Part shown: piece after piece, positions 9,334-17,927 of the stretch
Layout of the letters: every line of letters begins with the position of its first letter
Position numbering within the stretch: position 1 is the first letter of the stretch
Source of the DNA: an uncultured Candidatus Saccharibacteria bacterium
GTDB lineage: Bacteria; Patescibacteriota; Minisyncoccia; Phycocordibacterales; UBA2100
Reading direction: 5' to 3'
DNA length: 54,486 nt
Assembly: GCA_964362175.1 (NCBI GenBank)
Contig: CAYIDD010000003.1
Location: 22,430-76,915, forward strand
Made by a program: the position numbers and the translations under genes
Notes under the pieces: generated by a model
What the model was told of the DNA's origin: nothing
What the model saw: the letters and a program-made list of their open reading frames with translations, nothing else
Database searches by the model: none

Positions 9334-11271
9334 ATGGCGCTCCTTGACCTGTTCAGAACGAAGAAGCCCGACGAGAGCCCGAACGTGCTGCCCGTGCTGC
9401 CCGAGGAGATCTATAAAGCGGGCACGTTGGACTTGCAGGACGTCATCGCGCCGCACGCGCTCCGCATTTCCCCGCGCGAACTCGACCTTGGGGAGAAGAT
9501 TGCACGTACCTTTTTCGTGATCTCGTATCCGCGGTTCCTCACAACGGGGTGGTTTGCGCCGATCATCAACATGGACAAGGTCATCGATATCTCGATCTTT
9601 GTCCACCCGATGGACACCAACGAGATGCTCAGAAAATTCCAGAAGAAAGTCGCCGAGGTCCAGAGCCAGATATCGACACGCGAGGGGAAGGGGATGGTGC
9701 GCGACCCGATGCTCGACACCGCATATGCCGACCTTGAACAACTGCGTGATTCGTTGCAACAGGCGCAGGAGCGCATCTTCGAGGTGGGGCTCTACCTCAC
9801 AATCTACGGCGGCACGCGCGAGGAGATAGACAAAGTGGAGACCGAGGTACGCTCTATCCTTGAGTCGAGACTCGTTTACATCAGGCCGGCGCTCTTCCAG
9901 CAGGAACAGGGGTTCCGTTCCGTCCTGCCGCTCGCTACCGACGAGATCAACGTGCACACGAAGCTCAACTCCGCCCCCCTCTCCTCCATCTTCCCCTTCA
10001 TTTCGTTCGACCTCACGTCGGACAAGGGGATTCTCTACGGTATCAACCGCCACAATTCATCCCTCATCCTTTTCGATCGTTTCTCGCTTGAGAACTACAA
10101 TTCGGTGACGTTCGCAAAATCCGGCGCCGGCAAATCCTATACAACAAAACTCGAGATATTACGGAGCCTCATGTTCGATACCGAGGTCATCGTCATCGAC
10201 CCCGAACGCGAATATGAATACCTCGCGACCACCGTGGGCGGGCGCTACTTCAACATTTCGCTTTCTTCCGAGCACCACATCAATCCCTTCGATCTTCCCA
10301 TTCCGCGCGAAGATGAGAACCCGTCCGATATATTGCGCAGCAACATCATCACGCTCGTCGGACTCTTCCGCATCATGCTCGGCGGTCTCACGCCGGAAGA
10401 GGATGCGGTCATTGATCGCGCCATCACCGAAACGTACGCCCTGAAAGACATCACCGCGGACGCGAATTTCGCGCAGGTGGAACCTCCACTTCTCTCCGAC
10501 TTCGAGCTCGTACTCTCGGGCATGGAAGGTTCCGAGTCCCTCGTGGCGCGATTGAGCAAGTACACCAAAGGCACGTGGTCGGGATTTATGAACAGACCCA
10601 CCAACGTGGATATGAACAAAAAACTCGTCGTCTTTTCCGTACGCGACATGGAAGACGACCTCAAGCCCGTCGCCATGTACATCATCACGCACCACATCTG
10701 GAATACGGTGCGCAAAGAGCTTCGCAAACGCCTCCTCATCATCGACGAGGCGTGGTGGATGATGAAATCGCAGGACACGGCGTCATTCCTCTTCGGCATC
10801 GCAAAGCGCGGTCGTAAATACTACCTCGGGCTCTCGACCATCACGCAGGACGTCAACGACTTCCTCACCTCGCCCTACGGGACAGCGATGATTACCAACT
10901 CGTCGATCCAACTTCTCCTCCGGCAATCGCCCACATCGGTCGACCTCGTACAACAGACGTTCAAACTTTCCGACGAAGAGAAATATCTTCTGCTTGAATC
11001 AGATGTGGGTGAGGGTATTTTCTTCGCGGGTCTCAAACACGTCGCCATCAAGGTCATCGCGTCGTACACAGAAGATCAGATCATCACTTCGGACCCATCA
11101 CAGATATTGGCGATCAAGAAAGCGAAACAAGAGCTTGAAGCGTCCCGTGATGCCGGACCAAACGCCGCATCAGCGAACGCGGCAAATACCGCATCAGAGG
11201 CCGCACATATCCAATCGGCTCCCGTAAATTTCACTACCACACAGGCGGAGAACGTGGTTCCTAAACAATGA
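9334..11271 (+). CDS. virB4: type IV secretion ATPase VirB4/TrbE family
   Basis: Walker A KSGAGKSYTTK and Walker B RLLIIDEAWWM are present. Size (645 aa) and overall layout fit VirB4. Confidence 0.9.
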   Translation: MALLDLFRTKKPDESPNVLPVLPEEIYKAGTLDLQDVIAPHALRISPRELDLGEKIARTFFVISYPRFLTTGWFAPIINMDKVIDISIFVHPMDTNEMLRKFQKKVAEVQSQISTREGKGMVRDPMLDTAYADLEQLRDSLQQAQERIFEVGLYLTIYGGTREEIDKVETEVRSILESRLVYIRPALFQQEQGFRSVLPLATDEINVHTKLNSAPLSSIFPFISFDLTSDKGILYGINRHNSSLILFDRFSLENYNSVTFAKSGAGKSYTTKLEILRSLMFDTEVIVIDPEREYEYLATTVGGRYFNISLSSEHHINPFDLPIPREDENPSDILRSNIITLVGLFRIMLGGLTPEEDAVIDRAITETYALKDITADANFAQVEPPLLSDFELVLSGMEGSESLVARLSKYTKGTWSGFMNRPTNVDMNKKLVVFSVRDMEDDLKPVAMYIITHHIWNTVRKELRKRLLIIDEAWWMMKSQDTASFLFGIAKRGRKYYLGLSTITQDVNDFLTSPYGTAMITNSSIQLLLRQSPTSVDLVQQTFKLSDEEKYLLLESDVGEGIFFAGLKHVAIKVIASYTEDQIITSDPSQILAIKKAKQELEASRDAGPNAASANAANTASEAAHIQSAPVNFTTTQAENVVPKQ

Positions 11272-12338
11272 ATACTTCAAGAACGGACACAATGAAAGCC
11301 TGTATGGTGCGCGGTGCGTTCACCTTCATCGCGGTCTCTATCGTTCTCCTCACCGTAAGTCCCGCACACGCACAACTTGGTCTACCTTCAATAGAAAAGG
11401 CGGTCTCCATAAAATTCGAACCTCTGCACCCCGGGCCGGGAGATACGGTCCGTCTGGACGCTCACAGCGCAGTACTCGATCTTTCCACCAGCGAAATAGC
11501 CTGGCGCGCGAACGGGAAAACCATCGCGCAAGGAGTGGGGGTTGAGCGCGTCGAGGTCAACGCGGGTAGCCTCGGAAAGGAAACGGTCATTGATGTTTTT
11601 GTGCTCACCTCCGGTGGAGTAGCCGCGTCCGCAGAAGCGGCCATCATTCCGACCGAACTTGACCTCTTGATCGACGCCGATTCATATGTTCCGCCATTCT
11701 ATTTGGGGAGACCTCACGTTTCCGCCGGCAGCACCCTGCTCTTGCAGGCAGTTCCTCATTTCAAACGACCAGACGGGACGATGACAAAAGCGTCCGACGT
11801 GATCTACACGTGGAAGAAAAATGGCGAGGTGCTCGGTAGCATATCGGGGCGCGGAAGATCAAACGCCCGCATTCCGATACAACACCTATACGGTACCGAG
11901 AATATCTCCATTGAGGCACGCACATCGGATAATCTGCTCTCAAACGGATCAAGTCTGTCCATTTCTCCGATCCAACCCGTTCTTGTGCTCTATCAAGACC
12001 ATCCCCTCTACGGTGTTTTGTACCACCAGGCACTCGGCGTCGCTTCGTCTATCGCAGAATCTGAAGCGACGTTCGCTGCCACACCGTACTTCGCCGGAAT
12101 AACGGGGCAGAACGATCCCGCGCTCACCTTTGACTGGAGCGTGAACGGAAAAACGCTTCCCCAGAGTGCGACGAGGCCGGAGGCAATCACCATCAATGCC
12201 GACAATTCGAGCGGCATTGCGGTACTCAGACTCGAGCTCACACACGCGACCAACTTTTACATGGACGCGAAGGGTTTGTGGAACGTTACATTCTCAACAG
12301 CCGCGGTGAACAACCAGCTCGGGGTCTTTGGGCTATAA
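11268..12338 (+). CDS. secreted hypothetical protein
   Basis: The start overlaps the virB4 stop (ATGA). The signal peptide ends ...VSPAHA|QLG and the composition is beta-rich. Confidence 0.65.
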   Translation: MNTSRTDTMKACMVRGAFTFIAVSIVLLTVSPAHAQLGLPSIEKAVSIKFEPLHPGPGDTVRLDAHSAVLDLSTSEIAWRANGKTIAQGVGVERVEVNAGSLGKETVIDVFVLTSGGVAASAEAAIIPTELDLLIDADSYVPPFYLGRPHVSAGSTLLLQAVPHFKRPDGTMTKASDVIYTWKKNGEVLGSISGRGRSNARIPIQHLYGTENISIEARTSDNLLSNGSSLSISPIQPVLVLYQDHPLYGVLYHQALGVASSIAESEATFAATPYFAGITGQNDPALTFDWSVNGKTLPQSATRPEAITINADNSSGIAVLRLELTHATNFYMDAKGLWNVTFSTAAVNNQLGVFGL

Positions 12339-12342
12339 CCAT

Positions 12343-13716
12343 ATGAAGCTACGAACTGTTGCCATGTACGCACTCGTAGGGGTCACGGTCCTGATCCTGG
12401 GGGCACTTGCGGGTTGGTACTTTTTCATCAGTACGCAAACAAAAACAACAGTCGCCGAAGATACCGCGCGTGGGTACATTTCGGCGCCGCTTGCAGGAAA
12501 GGGGAGCGACGCGGGAGGAGCGACGTCTGTAGCCGGAACACTCCCCAAAAGTCCCGCCGCCGGAAAGGGGGTCTTCTCGCGCATATGGGATACCATCACG
12601 CGCCGCGACACCGGCGTGTCCGATCCATCCACATTTGCATCATTCAACCAAGATCAAGCGGGGTTTACCACCGATGCCTCACAGGCCACCGACCTGCCGG
12701 CGAAACTTTCGGGTGAGCGCCCGCCGCGGCTGTGGCACGTCGAGAAGAAGCCAGTTGCAGGCATGGCGTTCGTAAAAAACGGTTCGAGCGAGTACCTGCG
12801 ATACGTTGAGCGCGGGAGCGGCAATGTGTTCGAGGCCGACCCCAAGACAGGCGACACGACACGACTCACTAATACATTGATATCCCGCGTCTACGAGGCC
12901 ACCGTGACGGGAAGCGGTCGGGTCATCGGACGCTCAATTGATGAGATAGGTGTTGTAACGACATTTATCGGGTCCGTTGCGACGAGCTCCGAAGCCACCT
13001 CATCGGCACGAAGTCTTTTGACCGCGGATCTCCCGAAAAACATCGCGTACATCGTAGCGGACCCAAAAACAGACGCGCTCTTTTATCTCACCAGCGAAGC
13101 AGGTACTGCGGTGGGAATTCGCTCGGAGTGGAATGGGGCGAAGCCAAAGCGTATGTTCGGGTCTCCGATCATGCATTGGCGTCCCTGGTGGCTTGCCGAT
13201 GGTCGCATTGTGCTGGTGCAGGCGGCTGCCGACAGCGTGCCGGGCTACGCGTACGAACTTACGGGTGATGGATCGCTCGTCCCGCTTCTGCGCGCGATCC
13301 CGGGCCTCACGCTTCTGCCGCGCGCATCGGGTGCTATGCTCTACGGGCGCTCGGACAGCGGTACCCTGGCGCTCTTCGCGCAAATAAATGCGACCACGAC
13401 GGCAACAAGACTGCCGATAAAAACCATCGCCGATAAATGCGCGTGGAGTACGGGGAGGGACCCTGTTGCATATTGCGGAGTACCGCAGGGATTCGCCGCC
13501 CAAAACTTCCTCGACGATTGGTACCGCGGAATGGTCCACTCATCAGATGCCATCTGGCTCGTAGATGCGCGTGCGGGCAGCGCCGAGGTTCTCTATACCC
13601 CCGACTCCAGTTTGTCCCTTGATATTGCGCGGCCTGCCGTTGACAGCACGGGAGGATACATCGCATTTATAAACGCTGCCGACCAATCGCTCTGGATACT
13701 GCGTACAAAAGATTAA
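12343..13716 (+). CDS. membrane-anchored hypothetical protein, possibly beta-propeller-like
   Basis: ATG at 12343 (the ORF-track start at 12328 is TTG). One N-terminal TM helix is followed by a repetitive beta-rich C-terminal region. Confidence 0.6.
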   Translation: MKLRTVAMYALVGVTVLILGALAGWYFFISTQTKTTVAEDTARGYISAPLAGKGSDAGGATSVAGTLPKSPAAGKGVFSRIWDTITRRDTGVSDPSTFASFNQDQAGFTTDASQATDLPAKLSGERPPRLWHVEKKPVAGMAFVKNGSSEYLRYVERGSGNVFEADPKTGDTTRLTNTLISRVYEATVTGSGRVIGRSIDEIGVVTTFIGSVATSSEATSSARSLLTADLPKNIAYIVADPKTDALFYLTSEAGTAVGIRSEWNGAKPKRMFGSPIMHWRPWWLADGRIVLVQAAADSVPGYAYELTGDGSLVPLLRAIPGLTLLPRASGAMLYGRSDSGTLALFAQINATTTATRLPIKTIADKCAWSTGRDPVAYCGVPQGFAAQNFLDDWYRGMVHSSDAIWLVDARAGSAEVLYTPDSSLSLDIARPAVDSTGGYIAFINAADQSLWILRTKD

Positions 13717-13718
13717 TT

Positions 13719-14147
13719 ATGAGTGAGAGAATAAAATTATTCGTACGTTCGGCACTGATCTTGTGTACGCTTTCGCTCGTGTTGTTTTTTGCGATACTTG
13801 ATGTTGCTACCGCACAGGAATTCGTTCCGCTTGCAGAAACCCCCTCGGGATCGAAGCTCGGCCAGTTGTATAGCTCGGGAAGCATTTCCGATTTTATCAA
13901 CGGCCTCTTTAAATTCGCGATCACCATCGGTGCCGTCGCCGCCGTCCTGCGTATTGCCTATGCCGGCTACCTCTACATGGGACAGGCGGATATGTGGAGC
14001 AGCAAAGGGAAAGCAAAAGGGATCATCGCCGATGTGACGCTGGGGCTCCTCCTTCTCTTGGCGATCTACCTCATCCTCAACCAGATCAATCCGGCCATCC
14101 TAGAGTTGGACACGCTCAAAAACATCGCGCCGCCTTCGGGAAGTTGA
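13719..14147 (+). CDS. VirB2/TrbC-like T4SS pilin candidate
   Basis: 142 aa with a long signal/anchor ending ...VATAQE and two hydrophobic helices separated by a short charged loop (MGQADMWSSKGKAKG). It is the last gene of the VirB4 cluster. Confidence 0.55.
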   Translation: MSERIKLFVRSALILCTLSLVLFFAILDVATAQEFVPLAETPSGSKLGQLYSSGSISDFINGLFKFAITIGAVAAVLRIAYAGYLYMGQADMWSSKGKAKGIIADVTLGLLLLLAIYLILNQINPAILELDTLKNIAPPSGS

Positions 14148-14181
14148 AGGAGGGTCGGTAGTGGCTTTGAACGATTTCCGG

Positions 14182-14649
14182 TCATGCGGCGTATTTGATG
14201 ACGACTCTTCGATTTCTTCCCTCACCCTGCGATTCCGTCTTCACATTCGGCGCGTCCTGCAGCGTCGTATGGATGATGAGACGTTCGTACGCGCTCATGG
14301 GAGAAAGTTCGACATCGTACTGGAACGAGCGCGCGCGCTCCGCCATCATGAGGGCTTTTGCTTCCAGGTCCTTGATCTGTTTTGCGCGATAGTCGTTCAC
14401 GTCGACCAGAAACATCGGCACGCGTTCGTTGTCACCCTCTTTCGGGGGAGGGAGATTTTTTTCGTATATCTTTTTTACCAAGGTATCAAGGGCGTGGATA
14501 GTGTCGCCATGCATGCCGATGAGCGTGCGCGCGTCGTCAGTGCGGATCGAATATATTTCCTGGCCCGCGATCGACGTGTGTTCGATACCGGAGTAGGGAA
14601 CACCGAGTTTTGAAAGAATTTCTTTGAGGATATTTTCAACGGATTCCAT
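14182..14649 (-). CDS. jag: Jag/SpoIIIJ-associated RNA-binding protein (KH + R3H)
   Basis: It lies downstream of yidC. An R3H-like C-terminus is present (MSAYERLIIHTTL...GEGRNRRVVI). ATG at 14649; the ORF-track start at 14685 is TTG. Confidence 0.8.
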   Translation of the reverse strand: MESVENILKEILSKLGVPYSGIEHTSIAGQEIYSIRTDDARTLIGMHGDTIHALDTLVKKIYEKNLPPPKEGDNERVPMFLVDVNDYRAKQIKDLEAKALMMAERARSFQYDVELSPMSAYERLIIHTTLQDAPNVKTESQGEGRNRRVVIKYAA

Positions 14650-14697
14650 GCGGGGCACTATACCCCGCAGTACAAATCTCAGCAAACATTTGCTGCG

Positions 14698-15420
14698 TTA
14701 CCCCCTCCACCGCCGGCCCGCCGCAAATTCCTGACCTATCATAAAGAGATTACTCGTTATCCAATAGAGGGGGGCTGCAGCCGTGATCGTGTATCCGATC
14801 ACCCCGATCAGGATGGGAAGAACGTAGCGTGCCTGGAGATCAAAGCTCCTCGCCATATCGCTGGATAATGTTGCCTCCGTCGGGGTCTGCGAGCCGCGCG
14901 GTCCCATAGAGAGCCTGCTATATACCATCTGGGTTATCGCGGCAAGAACTGCGATGAGGAGGCTTCGTTGCCCCATATCAATGGCTCCGAGGAATTCCAT
15001 GTTTATCGCCGTGGGCATATGAACGAACGAATACAGAAGTGTCGGGTCCACCTGCGGAAGTCCACCCGCATAAAAGACCCAGTAGAGCCCGATCAGGACG
15101 GGAAATTGGATGAGTATGAGCCCAAAGCTCGCAAAGGGATGCACGTCGCGCTCGCGGTACAGCGCAAAGATAGCGCGACCCTGTTCTTCGCGGTTGTCCT
15201 TGTATTTTTCTTTGATCTTTTCGACTTCCGGAGTGATTTTTTTCATTGCCATCTGCGTCTGAATGGCCCGCTTCGATAGCGGGTAGATAATGATGCGTGC
15301 AACGATGGTAAGCGCGATCACGGCAAGCCCCATGTCATGCGAGGGGATAGCGCCGACGAGATAGACAAGCCCGTTGTAAAGGGGATCGTAGACGATCGTG
15401 TGAAATAGGTACGAAATCAT
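14698..15420 (-). CDS. yidC: membrane protein insertase YidC/Oxa1 (short form)
   Basis: A 5-TM short YidC layout with PLY.GL..L at the N-terminus, in conserved rnpA-yidC-jag synteny. Confidence 0.9.
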   Translation of the reverse strand: MISYLFHTIVYDPLYNGLVYLVGAIPSHDMGLAVIALTIVARIIIYPLSKRAIQTQMAMKKITPEVEKIKEKYKDNREEQGRAIFALYRERDVHPFASFGLILIQFPVLIGLYWVFYAGGLPQVDPTLLYSFVHMPTAINMEFLGAIDMGQRSLLIAVLAAITQMVYSRLSMGPRGSQTPTEATLSSDMARSFDLQARYVLPILIGVIGYTITAAAPLYWITSNLFMIGQEFAAGRRWRG

Positions 15421-15449
15421 TGTGTGGAATTGTATCCCGACCTGCGGGC

Positions 15450-15791
15450 TTACGCTAATACACCGGCGCGCGCGAGAAGCCCGTCGATATCTTTCCGGAT
15501 TTCTGGAAACGATGCCTTTGTCGCTTCACGTTTGGCGTGAAAGACGAGAGCAGTCGGCCTCCGTATGCGCGCCATGTGGGACCGGAGGCTCTCCCGACAG
15601 TAACGCTCTATTTTGTTGCGATCGACTGCGCGCGCAGCGACCTTTTTGGAGACAACCGACGCCATTTTCGGTCCGCTGCTCGAGGGAAGTGTGGTTATCG
15701 TGAGGAAAAAATAGGCTCCGTGGACCCGACGCGACTTCGCGCGGGAGAGACGGACAAAATCGGCGTGCGAAAGCCGGTATTTTTTTGGCAT
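15450..15791 (-). CDS. rnpA: ribonuclease P protein component
   Basis: A basic 113-aa protein (MPKKYRLSHADF..) placed between rpmH and yidC. Confidence 0.85.
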   Translation of the reverse strand: MPKKYRLSHADFVRLSRAKSRRVHGAYFFLTITTLPSSSGPKMASVVSKKVAARAVDRNKIERYCRESLRSHMARIRRPTALVFHAKREATKASFPEIRKDIDGLLARAGVLA

Positions 15792-15896
15792 GTTAGATTT
15801 CGTTGACGAACACAGTGAGTTTACGAAAACTTACACCCAGCCCCTTCGCGAAAGGTGCTGGTTAAGAAAAATATACTCGCTTTGCTCATTATTTTC

Positions 15897-16031
15897 CTAA
15901 ACCGAGAGCTTCGCTCGGCCCTTTCTGCGTCGGCGGCGCAGAACGTTGCGACCTGAAGTGCTTGCACTTCGCGCACGGAACCCGTGCGTCTTCACGCGCT
16001 TACGCTTCTTTGGCTGCCATGTTCGTTTCAT
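15897..16031 (-). CDS. rpmH: 50S ribosomal protein L34
   Basis: Hand translation of the minus strand gives [44 protein letters not shown] (44 aa). It is absent from the ORF track, which lists no ORF shorter than 60 aa. Confidence 0.92.
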   Translation of the reverse strand: MKRTWQPKKRKRVKTHGFRARSASTSGRNVLRRRRRKGRAKLSV

Positions 16032-16129
16032 GCGCCCACTATACTCATTTTTCCAATTAATACAACCTGTAGATGCTGCTCATATCGCCCCGAGAACATC
16101 TCGCAGCTCGCTCATCATCTCCACGCGAG

Positions 16130-16222
16130 GAAAATACCCTTGTGCCGTGTCTCGCAGGCCGACGGGCCGAGAGGCAGCGCTGCATCAGCAGATGCAGACA
16201 GCGACGGCACAAGGGTATTTTC
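16130..16222. repeat. 93-nt hairpin element with 19-bp perfect inverted arms
   Basis: gaaaatacccttgtgccgt (16130-16148) pairs with acggcacaagggtattttc (16204-16222). The 55-nt interior has a nested hairpin, ctgcatc-agca-gatgcag (16180-16197). Confidence 0.7.
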
Positions 16223-16332
16223 TGAGCACTTTCCCTCTCCCCACCCTATCCACACCTTATGAACAACACCGCGGACATTGCCCGTCCTTTCCTTAAGGAG
16301 TCCTGCGCGTATAATGTCCGAGCTTAGCCTGC

Positions 16333-17697
16333 ATGACTACCTTTCCTATGAGTAACCGAGAACTTTGGCAGAACGCCCTCGTCCAGATCGAGCTCGGCAC
16401 CTCTGAGGCATCGTTCCGAACATGGTTTCGGAACACCGATATCGCAAGCCGCGACGGGGGGACCGTTCATGTCGCGGTTCCTTCGAAGATCGTGAAAGAG
16501 TGGCTCATGGAGAAGCACCACAAACTCATCCTGAAGGCCCTGCGCGGTCTCGATAGCTCAGTCCGAACCGTCGAGTATGCTGTCCATCGGTCTGCAGCCG
16601 CTCCCGCCGAGCGAAAGACGCCCCGCCCGCAGGCCCCCGACAATACCGCGCTCGATCTCGGCAGCCTCTACATCGATAAGCGCGACAACCTGAACCCCCG
16701 TTATACATTTGAGACCTTCGTCGTCGGCCCCTTCAACGAACTCGCGCACGCCGCCGCAAAAGCGATCCTCGACAAACCCGGCCTCGCGTACAACCCGCTT
16801 TTCATCTACGGCTCTACCGGGCACGGAAAGACGCATCTCATTCAGGCGGTGGGGAATTATTTCAAGAAATTACACGCGAACAAAAAGGTTTTGTACGTTA
16901 CCTCCGAGCGTTTCTCGATCGACTACATCAATGCGGTGCGTGCGGGACATGCCAACAATTTCAAAGATCAATACCGCCAGTACGATGTCCTCATCATGGA
17001 CGACGTCCAGTTCATCGCGAATACCGAGAAGACGCAAGAAGAGCTGTTCCACCTCTTCAATGCAATGCGGGACAACAACAAACAAATCGTATTCTCCTCA
17101 GATAAGCATCCGGCGCTCCTCATGGGGCTTGAGGAACGTCTTAAGGGGCGCTTCGGGGCCGGCATGATCGCCGAGATCCCCGAGCCCGATGTGGAGTCGC
17201 GTATCGCCATCATCAAAGCGAAGATCGAGCAGCATGGGTTCTCGATACCCGAGGACATCATCCAATATATCGCTGAAAACCTACGTGGAAACATCCGCGA
17301 GCTTGAGGGGGTGCTCAACATGATCGTGTGTAAGTCCCAGCTGAAGGGGAAGGCCATCTCGCATGCAGATGTCCGCGCGCTTATTAAACACAATGTGAAG
17401 CCAAGTCGAGGTGTGTCTGTCGATGAGGTCGTTCGCCGTATCGCCCAGTATTACGACATTGCCGAGAAAAGCATTTATGAAAAGACGCGCAAGAAAGAAG
17501 TGGTGAAACCGCGGCAGATTATTATGTATATGTTGCGCGAAGAATTCAGTGTCTCGTACCCCTCGATAGGGGAGAAGCTTGGCGGCCGCGACCACACGAC
17601 GGTCATTCACTCATGCGAGAAGATAAAAGAGGAAATAAAATCAAACATCGCACTCGAACAAGAGATCGATCACATCCGCACACTCATCCACGCATAG
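16333..17697 (+). CDS. dnaA: chromosomal replication initiator DnaA
   Basis: AAA+ Walker A GSTGHGKTHL, Walker B LIMDDVQF, and the C-terminal DNA-binding helix (GGRDHTTVIHSCEKI). Confidence 0.97.
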   Translation: MTTFPMSNRELWQNALVQIELGTSEASFRTWFRNTDIASRDGGTVHVAVPSKIVKEWLMEKHHKLILKALRGLDSSVRTVEYAVHRSAAAPAERKTPRPQAPDNTALDLGSLYIDKRDNLNPRYTFETFVVGPFNELAHAAAKAILDKPGLAYNPLFIYGSTGHGKTHLIQAVGNYFKKLHANKKVLYVTSERFSIDYINAVRAGHANNFKDQYRQYDVLIMDDVQFIANTEKTQEELFHLFNAMRDNNKQIVFSSDKHPALLMGLEERLKGRFGAGMIAEIPEPDVESRIAIIKAKIEQHGFSIPEDIIQYIAENLRGNIRELEGVLNMIVCKSQLKGKAISHADVRALIKHNVKPSRGVSVDEVVRRIAQYYDIAEKSIYEKTRKKEVVKPRQIIMYMLREEFSVSYPSIGEKLGGRDHTTVIHSCEKIKEEIKSNIALEQEIDHIRTLIHA

Positions 17698-17927
17698 TGC
17701 TGTGTATAGAGTGTGAGTACGAGCAGAACAACTATCGGATAACTAAAGACTTATACACAGGGAAGAAATGTAAAAAACACTACCAACAAACTATTCCAAT
17801 TCTCCACAACACTTTTCAACATTAATTTACACTCAAAAAACCCAATACCCCCAACACAAAATCTACTTTCCCCCAATCTCCACACCTATAATAGTAGTAA
17901 TAGATCTTATATAGAATATAAAAGTAT
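17698..17927. promoter_or_regulatory. candidate oriC (DnaA-box cluster plus AT-rich unwinding element)
   Basis: Near-consensus DnaA boxes are ttatacaca (17751-17759) and ttctccaca (17800-17808), with weaker atctccaca (17876-17884). A very AT-rich tract at 17886-17927 runs up to the dnaN start. Confidence 0.5.

Noticed and set aside
7661-10053. Long minus-strand ORFs (7661-8497, 278 aa; 8998-10053, 351 aa) antisense to the PrgI and VirB4 genes.
   Set aside because: These are shadow ORFs typical of GC-rich coding DNA. They are Arg/Asp/His-rich, carry no motifs, and overlap genes with strong motif support.
15946-16296. Plus-strand 116-aa ORF in the rpmH-dnaA region.
   Set aside because: Its 5' part is the exact antisense of rpmH, and the rest runs through the 93-nt hairpin element. 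Its composition is not protein-like.
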